The notes beneath the pieces were generated by a model. It saw nothing but the letters and a program-made list of their open reading frames with translations. It ran no database searches and was not told where the DNA came from. From a virus, in IMG/VR virus record IMGVR_UViG_3300030430_004105, positions 1 through 64,000 of that record: a stretch of 64,000 nt of DNA; one strand, 5' to 3'. Of the stretch, positions 8,718-18,716 are shown in pieces (positions within the stretch are counted from its first letter, which is position 1; each line of letters starts with the position of its first letter). The translations under genes and the position numbers were made by a program.

Positions 8718-9246
8718 TTAACCCCTCTTTAAAAACTGAAACTCCGTAGTGAGCAATTACGATAGCATCTGCTATATCATCAGTACCCGGCTTTGGATTG
8801 CCGTGCCTAGTGATGTCGTAAGTGAAACTAGGATACTTCTTTTGCACTTCATTAATAATGTGGTGCTTCTTATTCTTTACGTTTCGGGGGACAGAAATAT
8901 TCATTTTTTTTCTTGCTGAGTTTGCATGAACCAACTCAGGTACAATGAAAGTCTGCGTATATACGGCATAACAACACATCCCATTAAATCTCTGAAGTTT
9001 GGACATTGTTTGTGCCGTGGTTCTTCCACCACCAAACATCATAGCCGGCTGTTCTACATAAACTGCGTCGAAACTATAGTTTTCAAAAACCTCTAGCAAC
9101 TCCTGCTTAAACTGCCAACAGCGAATCTCTAGATCATCTTTTGAATTCATCTTGAGGTTTCTGTAGTGTGTCAAGTTTTTGTCTAGATCCATCACTGCCA
9201 TTCCTATGACAGAGGTACTGACGTCAAGCCCTAGTATGTAAGTCAT
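8686..9246 (-). CDS. RuvC-like Holliday junction resolvase
   Basis: ILGLDVSTSVIG, VYVEQP, DDIADAIVIA acidic catalytic pattern. Confidence 0.8.
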   Translation of the reverse strand: MTYILGLDVSTSVIGMAVMDLDKNLTHYRNLKMNSKDDLEIRCWQFKQELLEVFENYSFDAVYVEQPAMMFGGGRTTAQTMSKLQRFNGMCCYAVYTQTFIVPELVHANSARKKMNISVPRNVKNKKHHIINEVQKKYPSFTYDITRHGNPKPGTDDIADAIVIAHYGVSVFKEGLNDIGEDKVSK

Positions 9247-9253
9247 GTTTCTC

Positions 9254-10423
9254 CTATATGTCTAACTTTAATTTGAAACTAAATTCTCTATCTTCTGTCT
9301 TCTTTACAGGTTTTGCCACTTTAGCAACTCCTAGTATATTCATGTCTTCATCATATATTACAACTTTAGAAATATATGTGTGTTTTTCAAATGGCATTTC
9401 TGTATTATCGTATGGGCTGAATACTGTGTTCTTGATCGTCGCATTATAATTCTCTCGATATATAGAAGAGGTTGTCGAAGATCCAGTTGGATATATGTAT
9501 TGCCCACTATCCAAGAATGTTGGATTATTTGAGTGGTTTAGTTCTCCTTTAGGTGCATGCGCATACATTGTAATTGTTGGTACATGAGTTTCACCTTGGA
9601 ACTCAATCGAATTATATACATCCTCAAGTGCAACATTGTCGAACCCGTTGATTCCAGATCCCCAGTAAATCCACTTAGAGTTCTTTGTGAGAGAAGGATC
9701 GTTGATATAGTTTTTCTTCGTAGTATCTAGATTCCAACTTCCTGTCAACAAGAGAAACCCCTCATTATATAAAACAACACCTGCGACTGAACCTGAGTTA
9801 ACTCCTGCTGGTGCAGTCTGAATTAATTCTCCATTCTTTTTGACATCCTTGAGTTGCCCAATGAGAGTACCGGTGATATAAAATTTTAAATCAACTGTTC
9901 CTTTCTTTATCCTCGATCCATAAAATATTGATGGGACACTAATCAGATTCAACTCTTGGGTTGATTTGTCGCCAAACGAACTAGAATATTCATAATGTGG
10001 AGATAACTTTTTATAATGATTAAGAGTATTCTCCAGTGCTTTGATGTGGGGACGAGTAGCAGATGTTGAGTAGTATTTCCTGTGTAATGAAGAAGACATT
10101 GGGTAAGAGCCAGTAATCACATCACCATAGGCAAATGACTGCGCAAACTGAGTTGTACTAACTGTTGCAAACGATTGCAGTGAGCCGTCTTTAGTTATGA
10201 ACGGATAGATGAAGTTATTTGATCCTGATAATTTGTCAATGTTTATCTCGTGCAGTGAGATAAATCCCGATGGGACATTTAAACTTTGTCCGCTGAAAGA
10301 TCCAGAGTCAGCCTTCTCGTTGTTGATGAATACTGTTCCAGAGTGCATTGCAAATTCATATTTAGGATACAGCCGCAAACTGTTAACAAATATTTCTTTT
10401 TCGTCGAATTTATATATACTCAT
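9254..10423 (-). CDS. Virion structural protein (baseplate/tail), paralog of 11025..12143
   Basis: C-terminal ELNHSNNPTF...YISKVVIYDED.NILGVAKVAKPVKK...LKLDI shared with 11025..12143; SGS/TGS-rich. Confidence 0.6.
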   Translation of the reverse strand: MSIYKFDEKEIFVNSLRLYPKYEFAMHSGTVFINNEKADSGSFSGQSLNVPSGFISLHEINIDKLSGSNNFIYPFITKDGSLQSFATVSTTQFAQSFAYGDVITGSYPMSSSLHRKYYSTSATRPHIKALENTLNHYKKLSPHYEYSSSFGDKSTQELNLISVPSIFYGSRIKKGTVDLKFYITGTLIGQLKDVKKNGELIQTAPAGVNSGSVAGVVLYNEGFLLLTGSWNLDTTKKNYINDPSLTKNSKWIYWGSGINGFDNVALEDVYNSIEFQGETHVPTITMYAHAPKGELNHSNNPTFLDSGQYIYPTGSSTTSSIYRENYNATIKNTVFSPYDNTEMPFEKHTYISKVVIYDEDMNILGVAKVAKPVKKTEDREFSFKLKLDI

Positions 10424-10429
10424 AATCTT

Positions 10430-10458
10430 TTATACGTTTTTAGTGCAACAAATATTCA
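10430..10458 (-). promoter_or_regulatory. Putative promoter TGAATA-N16-CGTATAA
   Basis: TGAATA at 10458-10453 and CGTATAA at 10436-10430; one of five copies. Confidence 0.65.
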
Positions 10459-11025
10459 TTTTTTATTGCATGTTATTTTGCAGTAATTAGTTAGGACTAG
10501 TTGTTTATTTACGTTAGGTTCAGAATAAATCCACTCAAATGTTGTCGTTATACCTTTTATGATGGCTCTAGTCCTCTCTATTTCCATTGTAAGCCATTCT
10601 ATGTGCATCGGAGAGTGTTTACCCACATCAATGCCTAAAGCCACTGAGAGTTCATACAGGGTGTACCAATCGCCCTCTTCCATTGCCTTTGCTGCTTTTT
10701 TGAAGATAGCAGTTTTATCAGAATCTGAATGTAAGTCTGGATGTGTCTTCTTGGCAATTTTTCGATACATTTCTTTATTTTGCTTTGACATGTCAGTTTT
10801 TTTCTTAATTACCATTCTTTTCTGCTCTGGGTTAAAAACATCTGTCATCTGGCTGATAGTTTTTTCTTCAGAAAATTCATAATCAGATTCTTCTAAAAAC
10901 TTTTCGTAGTCTTTGTAGAACAGAATTTTTCTTTCTTCAAATTCGGCTGAATGGTATTCCATGTCAGATTTAAGAAAAGATAATTCTTTTACCAGCCTCT
11001 TAAACCGCAAGCCCTCGACGGACAT
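10456..11025 (-). CDS. J-domain (DnaJ-like) protein
   Basis: MYRKIAKKTHPDL...FKKAAKAM, with the HPD motif. Confidence 0.72.
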   Translation of the reverse strand: MSVEGLRFKRLVKELSFLKSDMEYHSAEFEERKILFYKDYEKFLEESDYEFSEEKTISQMTDVFNPEQKRMVIKKKTDMSKQNKEMYRKIAKKTHPDLHSDSDKTAIFKKAAKAMEEGDWYTLYELSVALGIDVGKHSPMHIEWLTMEIERTRAIIKGITTTFEWIYSEPNVNKQLVLTNYCKITCNKK

Positions 11026-12143
11026 TAGTAATCCAATCTAACTCGTAGTGTTAGTTCGTTTGAAGGATCTTTCTTCAAAGGCTCTGACAACTTAGCAGTT
11101 GCGAGAAGTTCATTATCGGAAGAGTAAAGTCCAACTGTCGTGATATAAGATACAGGAGAGTCAGAAGCATTGTTTTTGACTACAATTTGCGAACTTGAAA
11201 GATAAGTCGGATTGGTTGAATAGTTGAACTCGTTGTGGTGTGCTCGGCAGAAATAAACAGTAGAATTCAGTTCTGTTGTGTTGTTGAAAGATAAGTTGTA
11301 AACTCTATGTCGCAAAGCGTCACAAGATGCAGAAATTGCAGAACCAGACAATAACTTGCTAATTGTCTTGTTAGCAGAATCCATCTTGCTGTCTCCGCCA
11401 CCTGCATCGATTAACATACCATTTGAGCCGGATGATAAGAACACAGAAGCAGTTATGACAGCAATCCCAGCCTGATAATACAATAATCCAGCCTTTTGTG
11501 TACCATTGTCTTGAGTTAATCTATCATTGTTACTTGGGCCTTGAACAGTAGTATCGGCAAATAGCACAGCATATTCACCTGCTGGGGAGTTGACTCTAAA
11601 GTCATTTTGAGCATTTGTATCGGACAATTTAATTCTTTCAGAAAAAGGAGTTGCAAAAGCATCATTGACACCCAATTCAAGATTAAAAGATCCTTTCTTA
11701 ATTTCGTCCTTAGTCAGTAATCTTGCAAAGTTAATAAAGATAACTTCATCCATCTTATCTGTAGTGGTATCAGTCAAATTACCATCAGCATCAAATCTTC
11801 TGATATTTCCATTCTCGTCATATCCCATTAAGACTTGAGCCATTTGGTTATACATATTGATTTTCTTAGAAACCTGAACATGCCCGGCACTTGATCCACT
11901 AAGCGAAGAAGTGGCATGAAATCCAACAGAAATATCAAAAATGTGATTGGCAGAAGAGGAGAGATGTGGATAATCAAAGACTGATTGGAACATACCGTGA
12001 GTATAGTTCTTGATACTCAGTTCATTGTTTCCGCTCTTATAAGTGCCGCTCACAATTGTTCCAGTGATTGGAATCGCTTCGTGAAGTAGCGTCTTTGTAG
12101 TGACAATATCATTTGCCGAAAGTGTTTTATAAGTTGTAGCCAT
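11025..12143 (-). CDS. Virion structural protein (baseplate/tail)
   Basis: C-terminal EFNYSTNPTY...YITTVGLYSSDNELLATAKLSEPLKK...RVRLDY; structural context. Confidence 0.6.
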   Translation of the reverse strand: MATTYKTLSANDIVTTKTLLHEAIPITGTIVSGTYKSGNNELSIKNYTHGMFQSVFDYPHLSSSANHIFDISVGFHATSSLSGSSAGHVQVSKKINMYNQMAQVLMGYDENGNIRRFDADGNLTDTTTDKMDEVIFINFARLLTKDEIKKGSFNLELGVNDAFATPFSERIKLSDTNAQNDFRVNSPAGEYAVLFADTTVQGPSNNDRLTQDNGTQKAGLLYYQAGIAVITASVFLSSGSNGMLIDAGGGDSKMDSANKTISKLLSGSAISASCDALRHRVYNLSFNNTTELNSTVYFCRAHHNEFNYSTNPTYLSSSQIVVKNNASDSPVSYITTVGLYSSDNELLATAKLSEPLKKDPSNELTLRVRLDY

Positions 12144-12161
12144 AATTTATTTCCCTATTTC

Positions 12162-13073
12162 CTAAGTTGTTGCTCTAATAAATCTTACTGGTATATCGAG
12201 CGAATATCCAGTGGTTGCCCCAACAATTCGAATGTTACTGTCAATTGCCTTGTAATCATTTGAAACACCGCCGACTGTGATAGAAATATTGTTACTAAGT
12301 CCGATCTGTTCAAATAAAAAATCAGATGTATTGAGTTCTAGACTAGCCTTTATCCCAAACTTTAGTCTAGTTCCTCTAGGGCCTGCAATTGCACTAGTTG
12401 TATTGCTTTGATTACCAATCGACTCAATAAAGTCCGCATCAGTATCCGATGTTAAATAATAAGAGGAAATGTGATCATCGTCAGTAAAAGACGCTCTTTT
12501 GATTGTCCCATCATTAGAAGTTAACTCCCCCAATCTAGAATCCATTTCAATAATATATTGCGTCTCGAACAAATCTGCCTGCAGTGTTTGCTCAAAAGGT
12601 ATTCTATTGGTATCTAGCCCTTGATCTATCTTTATAAACGCATCTGTGCTTGGACTAATCCCATCGATCACTCCGAGAAAGCGAGTACTGCCAAGTAATA
12701 ATTGATTGACACTGGTTTGTTCACATGCCACTAAATGCATGCCGAGTGAAGAAGTAACAGCGCTCGAATCTGAAAAACGCTTTAGGACTGGTAAGTACAA
12801 AAGATTAGTATTTGAAACTGTGATAAGTTTGCTTTTTACAGAAGAAGCATTGTTGGTAAAAGCCTCTAAAACAGGAGTTTGTAAAATTTCTAAATCGTAA
12901 TACGCAGATCCGCTTGAATGGTTCTTATTGTATAAGCCATAATTGATCTCATCATCTGCTAGGGCGAATTTTGAAATTGTAAAACTTCCGTTACCTTGTG
13001 CTAGCCTTTTTCTTCCAGTGTCTGTTAAAACGGCATCCAAAATTATGTCGCCTGAGTTGTCTAAAAATCCCAT
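12162..13073 (-). CDS. Virion structural protein
   Basis: Likely start MGFLDNSG (SD GAGG); N-terminal DAVLTDTGRKRLA...KFALADDEINY shared with 17711..18706. Confidence 0.6.
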   Translation of the reverse strand: MGFLDNSGDIILDAVLTDTGRKRLAQGNGSFTISKFALADDEINYGLYNKNHSSGSAYYDLEILQTPVLEAFTNNASSVKSKLITVSNTNLLYLPVLKRFSDSSAVTSSLGMHLVACEQTSVNQLLLGSTRFLGVIDGISPSTDAFIKIDQGLDTNRIPFEQTLQADLFETQYIIEMDSRLGELTSNDGTIKRASFTDDDHISSYYLTSDTDADFIESIGNQSNTTSAIAGPRGTRLKFGIKASLELNTSDFLFEQIGLSNNISITVGGVSNDYKAIDSNIRIVGATTGYSLDIPVRFIRATT

Positions 13074-13091
13074 ATTTGTTTTCCTCATATA

Positions 13092-13116
13092 TAAGTAGTA
13101 TTTTATGATAAATAGT
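13092..13116 (-). promoter_or_regulatory. Tandem putative late-promoter motifs ACTATTTA / ACTACTTA
   Basis: Two copies in the short intergenic gap upstream of a structural gene; the same motif occurs at 37892. Confidence 0.45.
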
Positions 13117-13129
13117 ATTTTGTTGGTAT

Positions 13130-15049
13130 TTACTCTATAAATACACCATTCTTTTTAAAAGTGATATTTACATCAATTAATTTACCAGTGTTTTTGCTTC
13201 GAATCCTAAACTTGAATTTTCTGGGGTTCGTTGATGTAGTGTCCACCAAAAGATTATCATCTTCATTAGTTCCTATTTGAATCTTATCGTTTTGTGAAAT
13301 ATTTTGAATTTGAGAAGTTACACTCTCTGGCAACTGATAATGCGAAGGTGCCAATCCTATCTTAAGGTATTTCTTAAACGATATGTTTTTCTGAGTCGGA
13401 GGACTCTTTGGCTTGAAGTCTACAATTCGAAGAGTTGGGAATAGAGTTTCGCCTTCTTTGTTCAGTCGAAATTCATAGACTTCTGTAGGGTTAGACACAT
13501 GTTGATGGAAGTCTAACGATCTAAATGTGTAATAATAGGTTTTGTTAGGCTCTATCATGTCTTGATATCCAGCAGACGTTCTGTTCTCTTCGCCAACCAC
13601 TATGTACTTTCCATTGACAAAGTCTTGATATGAGTAAGGACGCTCTTCTAAACGAAACATTTCAAACATTGTTGGATCATCTGACTCAAACAGTATCGGA
13701 TTCTCTGGACTTATTTTCTGTGCCGTCCATTGCCCTTGAAATGCCGGACTGTCACTAGGATTGATCAGCACTGGCTTCTCTATTTTTTGATCAATCATCT
13801 GATTGAACATTATCAAGATTTTATCACTAACACCCCTGTACGTTACTATGTTAATATCTGGCTGTATTGGAGGGCTGTCTAAAACGGTAATATAATCATT
13901 ATAATAATTTGATTCAACAAAGTAAGCAACTTGATCTTTGAAAACCAAATTGATAGCCATAATTTGGTATCTGTAAAGTTTGCCATAAGACACTTGCGTA
14001 TCGTACATTTTAAAGTCTTCTAAGTCAGAGTGGTTCAAAAAGTATTTAACATTAATAATACTTCCGTCATCTCTACGCTTTTCCAACTTATAAGCAATTG
14101 TTTCTGTAGATTCAGAATCTTTTCTTTCTGAAATATAATCATCAATTCTTGCGATTCCTAATTGATTTCTAATTGCATTTTCTAATATTGAACAACTGTC
14201 AGTTGAAGCCTGCTCTCCTGCTTCATATGAATAACTCAACCCAGAGTGCTGCTGAATGTGGGTTTGAAAAATAGAATACGCATAAACACTTGCCTGAGAA
14301 ACTAGTGACATCGGAGTCATAGTTATACCTACTATCTCATCAGATAAGTTGTCTCTATGCATAATTAAAAAATCAACAAACATTTTTCCCAGTCCTGCTT
14401 CTTGAAGAATGCCAGCAAACTGAGACTTTGGCATGCCTGTCATGTGAATTTTAGCAAAATAAGGAAACATTTCTCTCTTGTTTTCAACATCTGCATATAC
14501 TCGTATTGCTCCCCTAGAGATGTATTCTATTTCTAGCCTGTTGTCATTGACATACTTTTGTAACTGCTCTTCTCCAGTTCTACCATTACTAGTGTCCGCA
14601 TTTATCAAAATGCTTGCATAATCTTCAAAGTATTGGCTCGAAAGAAAGTTTCTTTCGGAGTTGGGTGCGCTTGACAAACTATTTGATCCAAAGTAAAACA
14701 TATCTTTAAACAATTCTTCAGACATATAGCCCACTTGGTGTAGTAAGTAATAGTTAAGACTTGGAAGAGTGTTCTCGTCAATGTTCGCTGTTATGGATTC
14801 ATATTTGTTTAAAAAATAATTGTACTCATAGTTCACATCCGCATACAAAAGTTTAGGAACATTATATGCGTTAAGTTGTGGCTCGTGCACATAAGACGGT
14901 GAATACGGATCTCTTTCGGAATATCTCAATAAAAAATCGTCATCTCTTTCGTATGGAACGTCATACTCTAGAGTCAGTATCCCAGGGTTGAACCCTAATA
15001 CAGATTGAACTGTATCGGAAAATTCAATTTCAAGTTTTGCTTTGTTCAT
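13130..15049 (-). CDS. Probable structural protein with FN3-like beta domains
   Basis: YDTQVSYGKLYRYQIMAI and YQDMIEPNKTYYYTFRS resemble FN3 C-terminal strands. Confidence 0.5.
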   Translation of the reverse strand: MNKAKLEIEFSDTVQSVLGFNPGILTLEYDVPYERDDDFLLRYSERDPYSPSYVHEPQLNAYNVPKLLYADVNYEYNYFLNKYESITANIDENTLPSLNYYLLHQVGYMSEELFKDMFYFGSNSLSSAPNSERNFLSSQYFEDYASILINADTSNGRTGEEQLQKYVNDNRLEIEYISRGAIRVYADVENKREMFPYFAKIHMTGMPKSQFAGILQEAGLGKMFVDFLIMHRDNLSDEIVGITMTPMSLVSQASVYAYSIFQTHIQQHSGLSYSYEAGEQASTDSCSILENAIRNQLGIARIDDYISERKDSESTETIAYKLEKRRDDGSIINVKYFLNHSDLEDFKMYDTQVSYGKLYRYQIMAINLVFKDQVAYFVESNYYNDYITVLDSPPIQPDINIVTYRGVSDKILIMFNQMIDQKIEKPVLINPSDSPAFQGQWTAQKISPENPILFESDDPTMFEMFRLEERPYSYQDFVNGKYIVVGEENRTSAGYQDMIEPNKTYYYTFRSLDFHQHVSNPTEVYEFRLNKEGETLFPTLRIVDFKPKSPPTQKNISFKKYLKIGLAPSHYQLPESVTSQIQNISQNDKIQIGTNEDDNLLVDTTSTNPRKFKFRIRSKNTGKLIDVNITFKKNGVFIE

Positions 15050-15062
15050 TATTCATCTCGCC

Positions 15063-17711
15063 TTATTTAATTAAATAGAAATACTTAGACATTATTTCCC
15101 TGTCTACTAGATAACTATCAGTGACATATATTCTATCATTTCTGTATTTGTAGAGCCTACAAAGTACATTGTCAGGCACACTATCGTAGTCTGATATCGT
15201 CTGCCAATTTAACGATAGGTTTCCATTCTCATCTCTAATTGACTTTAAGTATTGCACAACATAGACATTATTTAAAAACACTTTTCTCTGTAAACTGCCA
15301 AATATTCCAAATGTGTCTGATAAGATAAGACTCTGTCCATTATCTTGCAAGAAAACAGGTAAATCTTCTTCAGTTCTTAGATTTTGAAAAACATTTGCCC
15401 TGTTGATCCTAGAGTCCAGAGCGTCGCCTTGCTTTATGCTCCTTCTTCTGGATATGTCATACCCTTCAGGTGAGTTCAAAAACCTACTTATCAACTCTTC
15501 CTCTTTAGATCTTCTTTCTAATATTGCAGATTTTCTGTCTGATCTGGATCGTGCATTTCTCCCACCTTTAACTCCAGTGTCCAGAAAATTCGAATTTTTA
15601 TCTGATTTTGAATTTCTTCCATAATCAACACCCAAGACTGACTTTTGATCACTAGACTTTTCTTTTTTTCGATTTCTCACAGTTTGGCTCTCTATTGAAA
15701 GTCCCAATGTAGCGGCGAAAGATTCAAATGTAGCATGTTCTTTTCTAAGCGTAGATCTGGATACATTGCTGTTTTCTGGATCTAGCAGAGCCTTGTCCAA
15801 TAGAATGTTTGGTTTTTCTGCTCCATCAACTGCAGTTGAGAAAAACGAAAAAAATGCATCTTTAATATTAGTCAAGTCTCTCAAGACAAGATTGTTAAAC
15901 CTATTTGGAGTTAGATATCCTAAATTTTGAAAGTCTTCATACCCGGTTGGATTAAATTTTGTCCCTTCGTTTTTCATTCTTTCTAAGAACTGAGAACCTA
16001 CGAAATCAATTCCACTTATTCTAGCCTCTACTATGTCGTAAAGCCCTCTAGACTTAACACCATAATCAACAGTCTCTTTGAAGGTGTGCTCAAACTCTAT
16101 CACAGAAGATGGAGATACTCTAGAATTGTTGCCATATACGGTATCAATCTCAAAATATTTTGATGTCTCAAATAAAATATCATTCGCTATCTTTATCAAA
16201 CTGATTACTTTTCTCCTAGGAGAATTGCTATTAAAGATACTGGAAAGTTTAGTCATCCCTCCGAATAGATCAGAAAATTCTATACCTGTTAGCATTCTAA
16301 ATAATTTTGCTAAAGATCTTTGAGAGTCTTTCTGTGCCGTGTTGTCCAAGATAGATTTCATTTTTAGTTTTCCAGTGTTCGAAATGAAATCTCTTGTGTG
16401 GTTGTATTCTCTAGTATTGTTAATATATTCTTTGGCTTCTTCCAGTTTTGGCAAAAGATTGTAACGAATATCATAGACATAGCCTTCAACTACACTTTGT
16501 AGAGGATCTACTATCGACATTTCTAAAGTATAAGAATACTCTCCAACATCTAACTCTTCTTGATCTTCAAAACAATAACTTAGTATTGATTCCCCTTCAA
16601 CTGGCTTTAATTGAAATTTATCAATAAAAACTGGATTTCTTTTATCATCGAGCCTATCTTTTCTGATTAACATATGGTTCACCAAGTTAGGACTTATGTC
16701 GATCAGATTATCTTCACCAAATTTTAGATGATTAGCGTACATGAATCTTCTGTTGGAGTTTCTGTAGAGTATTGTCTCAACATCAACCATAAAGAAATTT
16801 TTAGTTATGACTCTAGGATCTATCCTACCCTTTAGCCCAAAAGTTGACATCAAAGGAGTGATCGTATTGTTTGTGATATAAGGATTGGTAGATGAGTTTC
16901 CTATCCCTCCTAAAGCATTTGATATATCTTGTATTCGCTTTTCTCGAAATGACTCGTAGAATGGACTGTAAAATTCCAAAACTCTTTCGACTAATCGAAA
17001 GTCTTGCACCCTAGAGTCAACTATTCGTTCATTAACCAATATGTCAATAGAATATGTGTTTCCCCACGAAAACCTATCTAAGGTTTCTGAATAAGTCAAG
17101 CCTTCATCTTGCATTGCTGATTCGAAACTATAGTGAGGTATTAAAAATATTTTACAATCTAAAACGTCTGTGGAATTTGTGAATCTAGGCTGTTTATCAA
17201 AAGGAACGCTTAAATCATATACTATATTGCCTTGATCATCAAAGCCATTGATCCCAGTTTGCTCTCGTCCCGGAAGAGTGGAAAAATTGTGTAAGTGATA
17301 ATCAAATGACTCAAAGGATAAATCTGAGAACAACTGCAAAAGCCTGTCTATTGCTTGCTGAGAGGGGACATTGTCAATCGTTAAAAAATTTCTAGGATCC
17401 GCCCCTCCTAGGGGCAAAAACATCAAACGCATCAATTTAGAAGCCCTATATGGCTCTATCTCTAATCCCTGTATAATCTCAGCCATCTCTAGGGCGGTGG
17501 CGTCTCTGGCTATGATAGTGATTAATGTGAAGTACTTCCTAAAGTCTTCGCTAAAGAAGTGAGTTAATATATCTCCTTCTGTTCTAACTACATCAAATAT
17601 CGATACATCACATCTAAGTTTATAGTCATCTCCGGCAAAATTAATACTTTCCAAAGTTACTTTGTTGAATCTTGCCTGTGGAACAAGATCATCTAATAAA
17701 CATTCTGACAT
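15063..17711 (-). CDS. Hypothetical protein, probable structural
   Basis: 882-aa ORF coupled within the tail operon. Confidence 0.55.
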   Translation of the reverse strand: MSECLLDDLVPQARFNKVTLESINFAGDDYKLRCDVSIFDVVRTEGDILTHFFSEDFRKYFTLITIIARDATALEMAEIIQGLEIEPYRASKLMRLMFLPLGGADPRNFLTIDNVPSQQAIDRLLQLFSDLSFESFDYHLHNFSTLPGREQTGINGFDDQGNIVYDLSVPFDKQPRFTNSTDVLDCKIFLIPHYSFESAMQDEGLTYSETLDRFSWGNTYSIDILVNERIVDSRVQDFRLVERVLEFYSPFYESFREKRIQDISNALGGIGNSSTNPYITNNTITPLMSTFGLKGRIDPRVITKNFFMVDVETILYRNSNRRFMYANHLKFGEDNLIDISPNLVNHMLIRKDRLDDKRNPVFIDKFQLKPVEGESILSYCFEDQEELDVGEYSYTLEMSIVDPLQSVVEGYVYDIRYNLLPKLEEAKEYINNTREYNHTRDFISNTGKLKMKSILDNTAQKDSQRSLAKLFRMLTGIEFSDLFGGMTKLSSIFNSNSPRRKVISLIKIANDILFETSKYFEIDTVYGNNSRVSPSSVIEFEHTFKETVDYGVKSRGLYDIVEARISGIDFVGSQFLERMKNEGTKFNPTGYEDFQNLGYLTPNRFNNLVLRDLTNIKDAFFSFFSTAVDGAEKPNILLDKALLDPENSNVSRSTLRKEHATFESFAATLGLSIESQTVRNRKKEKSSDQKSVLGVDYGRNSKSDKNSNFLDTGVKGGRNARSRSDRKSAILERRSKEEELISRFLNSPEGYDISRRRSIKQGDALDSRINRANVFQNLRTEEDLPVFLQDNGQSLILSDTFGIFGSLQRKVFLNNVYVVQYLKSIRDENGNLSLNWQTISDYDSVPDNVLCRLYKYRNDRIYVTDSYLVDREIMSKYFYLIK

Positions 17712-18706
17712 TAGCAGTCCTCTCCTGTGTTGTCAGTAGTATATAGCCTACCACCCGGTATTTGAGCAGCGGTAGAAGGCTTAAATGCTTTATCAAATAT
17801 ACTCCCTTTCTTGTCTCTTTTTTCTATTATTTCCTTTTTTGTGGTATTGTCGATATCATTGTCTGTTGTTACATCAAAATAAAATTCTACAAAACGATCA
17901 TCCACCGGAGTCACATCAATTTGAGAATCAACTTCGGATTCGTCAAGCAAAATACCATCAACAATATTTTGAGTTCTTTTCTTAAACATTTTAGGGCGCA
18001 ATATCTCTTCAGAATCTTCTGTAATAACTTCATAAACTTCTATACTAAAGGCGTCGTTTAGCAAATCAACGTTGTTTTCAGAGAATTCAAACACAACCAT
18101 GTCACCTTCGATCCTTATATAGTGCCCATCTTGTTCTATTACAAACTTGTTAGTCTTAGGATCAATCACTCCAACAAAATCTTTTTCTGCTATAATTGGC
18201 TTAACTACCATATCCATGTCCAATTGAGGTATGTTTAAGATCGGTTTTTTATTGGGATCGTTTATAATCGGTTCAATTTTCTTGAACTCATAGTTTAGTG
18301 CTTCGACATGCCATGCTGCGACATGCTTGTTCCCCATCTGAGAATTTCCCAGAGGCAACACATTCCTAAGTCCATCCTCGTCTTGAAACACAGAAGGATC
18401 ACTTTTAAGATCTGTGGTGTTAGATTCTCGAAATACTCCATTTACTACTTCGTGAGTTTGTTTTTTGACTTTTTGTTCTAAGTCTGAAAAACTAGTTTGC
18501 ACTCTCATTGATGGTGTATTTTCTTGAATTCTAGGCTCGATATTGTTGTTGTCTTCATAGAATCCGGATCTAGCACCGTCATACAGGATATCGTCGTCAA
18601 AAAAGGCATAGTATGCCGGCTTGAACTTTCCTGCAGCCAACTTTTGTTTTCCGAATGATGTAAGTTTTATCTCAAGTACTTCCTCTTTTTTGTTAAAAAA
18701 TGTCAT
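17711..18706 (-). CDS. Virion structural protein, N-terminus paralogous to 12162..13073
   Basis: EIKLTSFGKQKLAAGKF...YYAFFDDDILY. Confidence 0.55.
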   Translation of the reverse strand: MTFFNKKEEVLEIKLTSFGKQKLAAGKFKPAYYAFFDDDILYDGARSGFYEDNNNIEPRIQENTPSMRVQTSFSDLEQKVKKQTHEVVNGVFRESNTTDLKSDPSVFQDEDGLRNVLPLGNSQMGNKHVAAWHVEALNYEFKKIEPIINDPNKKPILNIPQLDMDMVVKPIIAEKDFVGVIDPKTNKFVIEQDGHYIRIEGDMVVFEFSENNVDLLNDAFSIEVYEVITEDSEEILRPKMFKKRTQNIVDGILLDESEVDSQIDVTPVDDRFVEFYFDVTTDNDIDNTTKKEIIEKRDKKGSIFDKAFKPSTAAQIPGGRLYTTDNTGEDC

Positions 18707-18716
18707 AATTTATCTC

